Shown here: positions 18,560 through 27,475 of the stretch, one piece after another
Numbering within the stretch: the stretch's first letter is position 1
Layout: each line of letters starts with the position of its first letter
NCBI GenBank assembly: GCA_037917685.1
Contig: JAVCBU010000002.1
Location: 1 to 49,417 of the forward strand
Direction of reading: 5' to 3'
Origin: Thermoproteota archaeon
GTDB taxonomy: Archaea > Korarchaeota > Korarchaeia > Korarchaeales > JAOZGB01
DNA: 49,417 bases
Program-made: the position numbers and the translations under genes
The notes under the pieces: model-generated
Databases searched by the model: none
What the model saw: only the letters and a program-made list of their open reading frames with translations
What the model was told of the DNA's origin: nothing

Positions 18560-21052
18560 ATGAGGTGGGACGTGGTAAAATTTGCCGCGGGATGCCTCCT
18601 ATTACTCATGATATCATCGATAGCAATAATCCAACCTGTTATTCTCCAAGTAGTAGACCCTTTAAGTGGACCGTGGACGTCAACCTTTCTTGCTGAGCAC
18701 CCGTCTGGAAGCATTAAGATAAAGGGCTTGGAAAACAGGGTGACAGTGATATACGATTCGTGGGGTGTACCACACATATACGTAGACAACGAGGCAGACC
18801 TTGCAATGGCTCTTGGCTACGTTGAAGCCTATGATAGGCTCTTCCAGATGGATCTTATGAGGAGGCTTGCCTCAGGTAGGCTTTCAGAGCTCTTCGGGGA
18901 CATGGCCTACGACTCGGACGTGTTCTACAGGATTATAGGCCTAAGACGGGCCGCCGAGGCGACATGGCAGGAGATAAAAAGCGTAGACGAATACGCAGAT
19001 GTAGCTACGCTGATAGAGTCTTTCACCCTGGGAATAAATAGTTTTATCGACTGGGCTGAGTCAAAAGGCGTAGTACCTATAGAGTACGCTTTCGTAGGAT
19101 GTAAACCCGAATACTGGACTCCTGTAGATGTCGTTACTATTGTTAAGCTTATCCTATGGGACCTTTCAGGGAGTTTTGAGGACCTCGCACTAAACAAGTT
19201 CGTAGAGCAATACGGAGTAGAAACCCTTATAAATCTCGGTATCCTTGACAGCCCATTGAACACACCCATCACTAAAGGTTTAGAGACGAGATACAAAGCA
19301 GAATACACATACAATGTCCGGGGTTCCTGCTCAAACATTGTTAAGGTTCCCGTCCAGCTTCTGTCATGGCTTAAGGAGTCGAAAATACTCTCCCAAAGCC
19401 TTCTGGGAGAGGGATTCTCCAACAACTGGGTAATATCTGGAAGGATAACCTCAACAGGCTACCCAATCCTTGCAAACGATCCACACCTGAGCCTGCAGGT
19501 TCCGCCTACATGGTTAGAGATTCACATTAACGCTGGAGACCTAAACGTCGGGGGTGTAACATTCCCGGGTACGCCACTAATCGTTATTGGTAGAAACGAC
19601 TACATTGCATGGGGCTTCACAAATGTCGGGGGCGATGTCGTAGACTACTACTATTACAAGTGGAAAGACGGGAAATACTACTATGGGGGAAGATGGCTGG
19701 AGCCTGAGCGCATAGATGAAACAATACTGGTAAAGAAGGACTCAGGCTTCGAAAAGCGGACAATAACAGTAAACCTTACGGTGCACGGGCCCCTAGTTGA
19801 GAGGGACAATGGCAGGTTCGCCATGAAATGGACCGGCTCAGGAGTAACCCTTGAACCAGTGGCATTCTACTACTTTACAAGGGCCAGAACAGTATACGAC
19901 TTCCTTGAGGCGCAGAAGTACTTCCAGGCCCCCGCCCAGAACGCTGTAATAGCGGACGTGGAGGGTAACATAGCCTACTGCCCTGCCGGAGACTATCCTA
20001 TCAGGGAGCCGGCGCCTCTCGTCTACGAGTCTAATGGGAGGAAGATCTACAACACCGGCTTCCTACCGTTTAACGGAAGCAGGGGTGAAGGTGAATGGTC
20101 AGGCTTCATCCCCAGGGACGAGCTGCCAAGGGTGGTAAACCCTGAAAGAGGATACATTGTTACTGCAAACAACAAGCCTGTAGGCCCTGAATACCCGTAC
20201 TATCTCGGGTGGTCATGGGAGGAGAGATATAGATATGAGAGGATTGTCCAGATGATAGAGGAAGTCCTTAGGGAGAAGGGGGAAATCAGTGTTGAAGACG
20301 TGTTAAAGATGCAATATGACGTCAAAAGCCTAGCAGCACTTACAACAGTAGACCTGATCATGAAGGCCTATAATAAGGATAAATCATTGTTCAACGGCCT
20401 TAAAAACATAGTCAAGATGCTCTCAGAATGGAACGGGGACATGGACCCGGAGAAGGCTGAGCCTACCATAGCATACTTCACAATACTAAAGCTTAACAGC
20501 CATGTCTGGAAGGAAAAGCTCGAAGCCATAGGTTTAAGCGAAAGCTTCTTCGGGTTTGAATCAACAGAGTACATCCTGAGAATGGCCTTCAACGGCAGCG
20601 TCGAAGCATCCAGCTGGCTTGGGGAGGGCCCTGAGAAGATAGTGGCTGAAGCCCTTAAAGATGCGGTTGAAGAATGCAGGGAAAAGCTTGGAGACGACGT
20701 ATCCCAATGGAAATGGGGAGAACTACATACATATGCAATTGAGCATCCCATGGGCGGGATACTGTCGTGGCTAAACTACCCCGCCAAGCCGGCACCAGGA
20801 GACATATACACCGTTAACAGAGCGCCCAGGCTTAATGTAAAGCATGGGTCAAGCATGAGATATGTAGCAGATCTAAGCCCGCAGGAGACAGGCTACATAA
20901 TACTACCAGGAGGAAATAGTGGAAATCCGTTCAGCAAGCACTACTATGACCAACTTGAAAGGTGGATAGCTGGGCCTCACAGGAAGATATTTATGCCCAG
21001 AGACCCCGGCAAGGTCGAAGCCGAAAGTGAAGTAGAACTAACTCCTGGATAG
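18560..21052 (+). CDS. Penicillin acylase family Ntn-hydrolase (peptidase S45) with N-terminal signal or anchor
   Basis: YDSWGVPHIY, DRLFQMDLMRR, the SNNW nucleophile, LANDPHL, TANN and PGGNSG. Confidence 0.95.
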   Translation: MRWDVVKFAAGCLLLLMISSIAIIQPVILQVVDPLSGPWTSTFLAEHPSGSIKIKGLENRVTVIYDSWGVPHIYVDNEADLAMALGYVEAYDRLFQMDLMRRLASGRLSELFGDMAYDSDVFYRIIGLRRAAEATWQEIKSVDEYADVATLIESFTLGINSFIDWAESKGVVPIEYAFVGCKPEYWTPVDVVTIVKLILWDLSGSFEDLALNKFVEQYGVETLINLGILDSPLNTPITKGLETRYKAEYTYNVRGSCSNIVKVPVQLLSWLKESKILSQSLLGEGFSNNWVISGRITSTGYPILANDPHLSLQVPPTWLEIHINAGDLNVGGVTFPGTPLIVIGRNDYIAWGFTNVGGDVVDYYYYKWKDGKYYYGGRWLEPERIDETILVKKDSGFEKRTITVNLTVHGPLVERDNGRFAMKWTGSGVTLEPVAFYYFTRARTVYDFLEAQKYFQAPAQNAVIADVEGNIAYCPAGDYPIREPAPLVYESNGRKIYNTGFLPFNGSRGEGEWSGFIPRDELPRVVNPERGYIVTANNKPVGPEYPYYLGWSWEERYRYERIVQMIEEVLREKGEISVEDVLKMQYDVKSLAALTTVDLIMKAYNKDKSLFNGLKNIVKMLSEWNGDMDPEKAEPTIAYFTILKLNSHVWKEKLEAIGLSESFFGFESTEYILRMAFNGSVEASSWLGEGPEKIVAEALKDAVEECREKLGDDVSQWKWGELHTYAIEHPMGGILSWLNYPAKPAPGDIYTVNRAPRLNVKHGSSMRYVADLSPQETGYIILPGGNSGNPFSKHYYDQLERWIAGPHRKIFMPRDPGKVEAESEVELTPG

Positions 21053-21062
21053 GTGATGGAAA

Positions 21063-21428
21063 ATGAGGAGAAGTGTAAACCTGTGTCTAAGCATAGGTGT
21101 AGGCCTACTATTATTCATTGCAGCCGTCTTTACGCTTCCAATAGAAGGATTTAGAGTGGCGATAGCAGCAGCCATCGCCTCAATAGGCGTGACACTTCTA
21201 CTGGAGAGCACGGGCTTAACAGGCAGCCTCGCAACCTCCATTATAACAGTGATAGTAGGCCAAACATTCTGCCTGTCGGTATCAGGCAGAATAGCCCTAT
21301 TCCCACACTACATCTCGAAAACAGGGCTAATAGGCCTACTAATGCTCCTGATACCATTAATCGCATCTGTGGCAGGGTCGCTGATTGCATCGGGGCTAAA
21401 GAATAGGTTTATGACAGGCCGATCCTAA
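21063..21428 (+). CDS. Small membrane protein (about 4 TM), unknown function
   Basis: Hydrophobic 121-aa ORF 10 bp downstream of the acylase, with a GGTGA RBS. Confidence 0.7.
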   Translation: MRRSVNLCLSIGVGLLLFIAAVFTLPIEGFRVAIAAAIASIGVTLLLESTGLTGSLATSIITVIVGQTFCLSVSGRIALFPHYISKTGLIGLLMLLIPLIASVAGSLIASGLKNRFMTGRS

Positions 21429-21555
21429 CCCCTATTTCTATTTCGATTATTAAGCTACGATTCTCCACCCTACACTTTACTTTACCCTTGTAGATCCGCG
21501 TCTTAAAACGCCTGACAACGTTCTGATACATTTTAAACTGTTGGGGGCTTCGCCG

Positions 21556-23277
21556 CTAGGGGAGCTGGCAGCCCTCCAGCCATATAGAGGCAAGTATCTG
21601 GAAGTCCTGTGGTATGGGCTCCCTGTCGACTACAACGTCTACCACAGCCGGCTTTCCAGAGTCCACGGCTCTTTTCAAGGCTGGTTTTATCTCTTTTGGA
21701 TCTGTTACTCTCTCACCGTAGCAGCCCATCGCCTCAGCTACCTTATCGTATCTTATATCACCAAGGTCCACTCCTATATGTCTTCCCTCATAGTACAGGG
21801 TTTGACCAGCCCTTATCATGCCCCATGCTTGGTCGTTTGCAACGATGAACACTATTGGAAGTTTGAGTCTGCTGGCGGTTTCTAATTCTTGAACATTGAA
21901 GCCGAAGGACCCGTCGCCTGAGATGCAGTAGACTTGCCTTGTAGGATATGCAAGCTTTGCAGCTATTGCGTATGGAATTCCAGCCCCCAGGTGCCCTGAG
22001 TCACCGGATGCACAGCTGATATAGGTACCTGGCTCGTAGACCCTGTGGAGGTAGAAGCACCAGACGCTAGTGTTCCCCCCATCCACAACTGCTATAGCGT
22101 CTCTCGGGAAGAACTCCCGCACTTCCCTCACAAGTCTCAGGGGGTGTGTGGGCACACTGTCTGTCTGGGATGTTTTCACGAATTCTTCGATCCATGTCCT
22201 CTCAAGCTCTTTATACTCTTTCATGCTTTTTCTCGGGCTTTTCCGTGGAGTATACTTCTTAACTTTTTCGAGGAGCATTCTAAGAGTAGACTTTGCGTCT
22301 CCAACTATCGCAAGGTCTACCTGCCTGTTTAATGCTATCATCTCTCCCGAGATATCTATCTGGATAAACCTTTGTCTCTCAGGGTCGCCCCATGCGAGGG
22401 GAGGCTGACCCCACATTTCAAGGTCGCCAAGTCTACATCCGACAAGGAGTACAACATCTGCTTCAGCTTGGGCTGCGAGCCCGCCTGTGCCCGGAGAGGC
22501 TGTGATGAGGTGAAGCGGGTGGTCTTCCGGTATTGCTCCTCTACCCATCATCGAAGTAGTCACCGGGGCCTGGAGGTACTCTGCAAGCTCTATAAGCTCA
22601 TTCCACGCTCTCGATCTGATTAAGCCACCCCCGGCATGTATAAGGGGTGATTCGGCCTCCGCAAGCGTCTTTGCAGCCTTGTCTACAAGGTCAGGGTCTC
22701 CTATAGGCCTTATCATGGCCCTATACTTTTCAGGCGGCAGGATTCCGGCATTGTCGATGCTTCCAGTTTTAAAGAGGACATTTGAGGGGAAGTCGAGGTG
22801 CACAGGCCCGGGCCTCCCAGAGAGGGCAGTTCTAAAAGCCCTCTGCGTGAGCTCTGCTATACGGCTCCAATGCGACACCACAGCATTCCACTTAGTAACA
22901 GCTTTGAAAAGTGTAAGCTGGTCTAAAGCCTGCATGGACCCATGGTCAGGGTATGAACGCCATGTCTGGTTCTGCGCTGTAATGACGATGATCGGTATCC
23001 CATCAGCGAAAGCGGGGTAGACCCCGCCAACCATGTTCGCAGCTCCAGGGCCTACTGTTGCTAGGCAAACACCGGGCTCCCCTGTTAGGCGCGTCCACGC
23101 GTCCGCGGCGTGGGCAGCTGCAGCCTCATGCCTCATGCTTATAAAGTCTATTCTGTCATCCCCATAGATTGCATCAAGCACAGGGTAAAGCTGGTCCCCT
23201 GGGACGCCGAAAACATACTTGACCCCCTCCTCTATGAGGCATCTTACTAATACCTCCCCACCAGTTACATCAGTCAA
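21556..23277 (-). CDS. Thiamine diphosphate-dependent enzyme, ILVBL/2-hydroxyacyl-CoA lyase/benzaldehyde lyase-like
   Basis: RHE, TVGPG, GSMQALDQ, GHLGAGIPYAIAAKL and the TPP motif GDGSFGF...NDQAWG. Confidence 0.9.
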   Translation of the reverse strand: MTDVTGGEVLVRCLIEEGVKYVFGVPGDQLYPVLDAIYGDDRIDFISMRHEAAAAHAADAWTRLTGEPGVCLATVGPGAANMVGGVYPAFADGIPIIVITAQNQTWRSYPDHGSMQALDQLTLFKAVTKWNAVVSHWSRIAELTQRAFRTALSGRPGPVHLDFPSNVLFKTGSIDNAGILPPEKYRAMIRPIGDPDLVDKAAKTLAEAESPLIHAGGGLIRSRAWNELIELAEYLQAPVTTSMMGRGAIPEDHPLHLITASPGTGGLAAQAEADVVLLVGCRLGDLEMWGQPPLAWGDPERQRFIQIDISGEMIALNRQVDLAIVGDAKSTLRMLLEKVKKYTPRKSPRKSMKEYKELERTWIEEFVKTSQTDSVPTHPLRLVREVREFFPRDAIAVVDGGNTSVWCFYLHRVYEPGTYISCASGDSGHLGAGIPYAIAAKLAYPTRQVYCISGDGSFGFNVQELETASRLKLPIVFIVANDQAWGMIRAGQTLYYEGRHIGVDLGDIRYDKVAEAMGCYGERVTDPKEIKPALKRAVDSGKPAVVDVVVDREPIPQDFQILASIWLEGCQLP

Positions 23278-23305
23278 TGTTCAACACCTTTAACTAAGCA
23301 CCCTG

Positions 23306-23345
23306 ATTAATTAAAGTAAAATTAATTAATTTTACTTTAATTAAT
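23306..23345. repeat. Perfect 40-bp palindrome with three TTAATTAA units in a divergent promoter
   Basis: ATTAATTAAAGTAAAATTAATTAATTTTACTTTAATTAAT equals its own reverse complement. Confidence 0.9.
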
Positions 23346-23403
23346 TAGCCAGTTATGACTCAACAATATTAAATTCAACAATATCCCTATTCCCGGGGAT
23401 TCT

Positions 23404-24423
23404 ATGAAGGCAGCTGTATTCATGGGTAAAGGGGATATACAAATCCAGGATTATGACCAGCCTATAGTAGGAGCTGGAGAGGTGCTGATTAAGGTTTCAT
23501 ACTGTGGGATTTGTGGAACAGATGTGGCCGCGTATAAAACTGGGAATTATGTTCCAGGCCTAATTATAGGACACGAGTTCTCGGGGGTAGTGGCAGACGT
23601 AGGTTCCCATGTAGACAATGTTAGGGTTGGAGATAGAGTTACAGGTAACAGCCTCATTCCATGCGGCAAGTGTAGCTTCTGCCTCTCAGGCAGGCCTAGC
23701 CTCTGCGACAATCCTCAGCTGATAGGAGTCACGGTTAATGGGGCAATGGCTGAGTACGTTAAGATGTCGGCAGACTACGTTTACAGGCTACCTGAAAGTC
23801 TTACTCTAAGGGACGCCACCCTCGTAGAACCCCTTTCCTGCGTATTGCATGCCGTAAGAGTATCATCATTCAAGCCCGGAGACACAGTTCTCATTCAGGG
23901 AGCAGGGCCGATGGGTATTCTTACGCTTCAGGTTTTAAAGAGATCAGGCGCCGGCATGGCCCTTGTAACAGACATTGTTAAGGGACGGCGAGAATTAGCA
24001 GGCTGGCTCGGCGCCGATACTGTTGTCGATCCATCTACGGAGAATCTCCCGGCAGTCGTTGAAAGAGTTACCTCCGGTAGGGGGGTTGACATCGTGTTCG
24101 ATGCTGCCGGTGTTCCGGAAACACTTAGAGAAAACTTTACACTTGTCAGGAAAGGTGGAGAGATCATAGTGATCGGTATTTGCGAGGACCCAGCGCAGGC
24201 GGACTTCTTCACACTCGTATTAAACGAGCTTACAGTTAAGGGAGCCTACTATGGTTTTAACGAGTTCCAGCTGGCCATTGATATGCTTTCGAAGGGGCTA
24301 ATACCAGCAGATAGAATCATAACCTCAACCATCAAACTTGAAAACCTGGTGGAAGAAGGCTTCGAAGTGTTATTAAAGCCTGAAGGCCACTGTAAAATCG
24401 TTGTTGAGATAGGAGGCGGTTAA
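23404..24423 (+). CDS. Zn-dependent alcohol dehydrogenase (MDR; butanediol/threonine/sorbitol dehydrogenase-like)
   Basis: CGICGTD, GHE, structural Zn site CGKCSFC...C, and GAGPMG. Confidence 0.93.
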   Translation: MKAAVFMGKGDIQIQDYDQPIVGAGEVLIKVSYCGICGTDVAAYKTGNYVPGLIIGHEFSGVVADVGSHVDNVRVGDRVTGNSLIPCGKCSFCLSGRPSLCDNPQLIGVTVNGAMAEYVKMSADYVYRLPESLTLRDATLVEPLSCVLHAVRVSSFKPGDTVLIQGAGPMGILTLQVLKRSGAGMALVTDIVKGRRELAGWLGADTVVDPSTENLPAVVERVTSGRGVDIVFDAAGVPETLRENFTLVRKGGEIIVIGICEDPAQADFFTLVLNELTVKGAYYGFNEFQLAIDMLSKGLIPADRIITSTIKLENLVEEGFEVLLKPEGHCKIVVEIGGG

Positions 24424-24424
24424 A

Positions 24425-24859
24425 ATGATGTTTGCAAGCGAAGAGTATCTAAAGGAGGTTCAGAGGAGAAGTAACATGGACGAAAAATACCTCAGCCTAG
24501 CCAAGGGCCAGTACGCAAGCTACACATTTATCATGCAAGCTGAGCCTGAAAAGGGGGTTAAAGAGGACATAGTTTTAGGCTACCAGGTTGAAGATGGGAG
24601 AATAACGGACATATGGGTCGGTGAAAGGAGGACGGACTTCATAATCTCAGGTAAATATGGGGTCTGGGTTGAAATTCTCACTGGAAAGATGGGTGTTACA
24701 AAGGCCTTTCTGACAAGGAAGCTTAGGGTGAGAGGGAACTTGATGAAGATTCTAAAACTGGCCGCTGCCACTGAACGCTGGCTTGAAATACTCAGAGAAA
24801 TACCAACGGAGTTTCACGGCGAATATGAGAAGTTTAACATAAAAGGTGGTAAGGCTTGA
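24425..24859 (+). CDS. SCP2 sterol/lipid-binding domain protein
   Basis: DFIISG...W..ILTGK...AFLTRKLRVRGNLMK, an SCP2 signature. Confidence 0.85.
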   Translation: MMFASEEYLKEVQRRSNMDEKYLSLAKGQYASYTFIMQAEPEKGVKEDIVLGYQVEDGRITDIWVGERRTDFIISGKYGVWVEILTGKMGVTKAFLTRKLRVRGNLMKILKLAAATERWLEILREIPTEFHGEYEKFNIKGGKA

Positions 24860-24934
24860 GATAAGCTTGGATTCGTCCAAGGCTGTAGTATAATAGTTTA
24901 AAATTATGTAGTAATTAAATTAGCAAGGTATAAC

Positions 24935-25507
24935 ATGAGTGGTGTCTACATGGACTTGTTTGAGGCAATAATGGGTAGAAGAAGTGTTAGAAGGTTTAAA
25001 TCCGATCCGGTATCCGACGGAGAGGTTAGAAGAGTTCTAGAGGCCGCCCGTTGGGCCCCAAGCTGGGCTAACACCCAGTGTTGGGAGTTCATAGTGGTTA
25101 GAAATCCGGAGGCTAAGAAAGCTCTCTCAGAAACCCTTAGCAAGAGAAACCCTGCCACCAAGGCTGTAGAAAAGGCGCCTGTGGTAATAGTTGCATGTGG
25201 GAGGAAGGAAGTCTCAGGCTACTATAAAGGTAAACCTGTTACAGAGAAGGGTGACTGGCTAATGTTTGACGTAGCCCTAGCAGTCCAAAACCTATGTCTA
25301 GCAGCGTATGCGATGGGGCTTGGAACGGTCATAGTAGGAGCGTTCGACGAGGAGAAAGCATCAGAGATCCTCGAAATACCGGAAGATGTCGAGATAGTAG
25401 CGATGATACCTCTGGGGCGACCGGCGGGGGAACATGGTGCACCGCCGAGGAGAACCGTCGACGAATTCACGCACTACGAAACTTACGGAAACAAACAACC
25501 GAAATAA
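24935..25507 (+). CDS. Nitroreductase family flavoprotein
   Basis: RRSVRRF, APSWANTQCWEF and NLCLAAYAMGLGT. Confidence 0.93.
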   Translation: MSGVYMDLFEAIMGRRSVRRFKSDPVSDGEVRRVLEAARWAPSWANTQCWEFIVVRNPEAKKALSETLSKRNPATKAVEKAPVVIVACGRKEVSGYYKGKPVTEKGDWLMFDVALAVQNLCLAAYAMGLGTVIVGAFDEEKASEILEIPEDVEIVAMIPLGRPAGEHGAPPRRTVDEFTHYETYGNKQPK

Positions 25508-25622
25508 CCGGCAAAACCGGCTGTCTCGTAAAACTAATGTTCGAATGAATACTAGCGTTAGGTAGTACTCTTATATTTAAAATTGGTATTTAGGTGTTAA
25601 CCTTTACTACGGAGGTGTTGGC

Positions 25623-26162
25623 ATGAGTTTCCCATATGGTAGTGAGGAAGATAGGAGGATGGTCTCCTCCCTCCCATCTGAGAAGCTCCTAGACCTTTTC
25701 TTCCTTCAGATCAGGAATCTCTGGAGGGTTGACGGTCTATACTTCCTTGGTATCGAGAAAGAATTCGGGACAGAAGCAGCAACTAAGATAGACGTAGAGG
25801 TTTGGAGGATCATGGCTGTGCTGGAGGCGAAAAGCCTTAGAAAAATGTTCAACATTGGTGAAAACCCAGACGTCAAAACCATTATTGAAATGCTGAAGCT
25901 AACAAGCTGGGCATTGGACCAGCCTTTTAAAACAGTCACATTAGGGGAGAAAGAGGCTGTTTTAAGCATAGACAGATGTAGAACTCAGGAGACAAGGCTG
26001 AGGAAGGGGCTTCCAGAATTTCCCTGTAAGCAGGTAAGGTATGGATACCTGGAAAACTTTGCCAAGACCCTGAATCCACGTGTAAAGGTTAGATGTATAG
26101 TGTGCCCTCCTGATAAGCATCTCAAAGACTTATGGTGCAAGTGGGAATTCAAAATGGAATAG
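25623..26162 (+). CDS. DUF6125-like protein (V4R/ATC-hydrolase-like fold, Cys-rich)
   Basis: W.VDGLYF..IE..FG...A, CRTQ..R, FPCK, CPPD and WCKWEF. Confidence 0.7.
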   Translation: MSFPYGSEEDRRMVSSLPSEKLLDLFFLQIRNLWRVDGLYFLGIEKEFGTEAATKIDVEVWRIMAVLEAKSLRKMFNIGENPDVKTIIEMLKLTSWALDQPFKTVTLGEKEAVLSIDRCRTQETRLRKGLPEFPCKQVRYGYLENFAKTLNPRVKVRCIVCPPDKHLKDLWCKWEFKME

Positions 26163-26205
26163 AACTGAAGTGTCTAGATTTTAAATGGTAAAAGAAGGGG
26201 AGTTT

Positions 26206-27396
26206 TTAGTACTGGTAGAATCCTCTACCAGCCTTTCTCCCTGTCCAGCCCTTCTCCACGTATTCTTTGAGCAGCGGGCAAGGCTTATACATTTCCATTT
26301 CGTATTTCGAGTACAGTTCTTCAAGCTTGCTTAGAGCCCAGTCCAGGCCTTTCCTATCTGCGTACTCGCATGGGCCGGATGGCCACCCGGTTCCAAGTTT
26401 CATGCCTGTGTCTATGCTCTCAGGATCCGCTGCATCGTCCATTATTAGGTAAGCCGCCTCGTTTATAGCTACTACCCATGACCTCTCCACATCGTACTCG
26501 TCTGAAAGGTCGAAAGGTATCATCGGTCTCCCCTTAGTCCAGTCGTAGAATCCCTGCCCTGTTTTTCTACCGAGCTTCTTCTCTCTTACCAGCGGCTCCA
26601 CAACTTCATTACACGGCTTAAATCTTTCACCATAGGCATCATATAATACCTTTCCAACCTCGTAGAGTATGTCTATTCCTACGAAGTCGGCTAGCTCAAA
26701 CCATCCCATTGGGAATCCGCCTGTATACTTCACCGAGGAGTCTATAGCCTCCTTTGAAGCTTCTCCCCTCTTGAAGGCCCATAGTGCCTCGTTAAACACC
26801 GCTCCCAGTACTCTGTTTACGATGAACCCTCTAACATCCTTCTTGCATAGGATAGGCGTCTTTCCAAGCTTCCTACTCAGCTCCATGATAGTGTCGGCTG
26901 TTTCATCGCTTGTATCTTCTCCTCTCACCACCTCTATCAGCTGCATCAGCTGTGGTGGGTTAAACCAGTGCATCCCGACGGTTTTATCAGGCCTGTTGGT
27001 TGCACGCCCCATCTCGGTGATGCTTAAGGTTGAGGTGTTTGAGGCTATTATGGCATGGGCTGGGGAAAGCTTGTCTATCTGTGCGAAAATCTTCTTCTTC
27101 AACTCGATATTTTCGGGGACAGCCTCCACCGCGAGGTCTATGCCCTTGCATCCCTCTTCATAACTTATTGTTGCCTTAATCCTCGCCAGGGCTGCCTCGG
27201 CGTCCTCCTTCCTTATCCTCCTTTTCTCCACAAACTTGTTAAGGCTCCACTCGATGCTTTTCAAAGCCTTCTGTAAGATCTCATCGCTTATGTCGATAAG
27301 GCTGACCTCGTATCCCTTCATAGCGAAAACTTGGGCTATTCCATGGCCCATCAGTCCTGCTCCGACAACACACACCCTTCTTATCTTTTCCGCCAT
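26206..27396 (-). CDS. 3-hydroxyacyl-CoA dehydrogenase with duplicated C-terminal domain
   Basis: GAGLMGHGIA, EAVPE, SNTS, GMHWFNP and GFIVNR, with two C-terminal dimerisation repeats. Confidence 0.95.
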   Translation of the reverse strand: MAEKIRRVCVVGAGLMGHGIAQVFAMKGYEVSLIDISDEILQKALKSIEWSLNKFVEKRRIRKEDAEAALARIKATISYEEGCKGIDLAVEAVPENIELKKKIFAQIDKLSPAHAIIASNTSTLSITEMGRATNRPDKTVGMHWFNPPQLMQLIEVVRGEDTSDETADTIMELSRKLGKTPILCKKDVRGFIVNRVLGAVFNEALWAFKRGEASKEAIDSSVKYTGGFPMGWFELADFVGIDILYEVGKVLYDAYGERFKPCNEVVEPLVREKKLGRKTGQGFYDWTKGRPMIPFDLSDEYDVERSWVVAINEAAYLIMDDAADPESIDTGMKLGTGWPSGPCEYADRKGLDWALSKLEELYSKYEMEMYKPCPLLKEYVEKGWTGRKAGRGFYQY

Positions 27397-27427
27397 AACG
27401 TCACCTCTACTCATCCTTAAACATAAC

Positions 27428-27440
27428 TATTAAACCTTTC
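27428..27440 (-). promoter_or_regulatory. Possible BRE-TATA for the 3-hydroxyacyl-CoA dehydrogenase
   Basis: Minus strand reads GAAAGGTTTAATA about 30 bp upstream of the start. Confidence 0.4.
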
Positions 27441-27475
27441 TTCCATTCCCTCTTCTACGCTGGTAGATACTATAC

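Noticed and set aside
21556-23277. Annotation as biosynthetic acetolactate synthase (ilvB)
   Set aside because: Lacks AHAS-typical motifs and has no regulatory subunit or other ilv genes nearby
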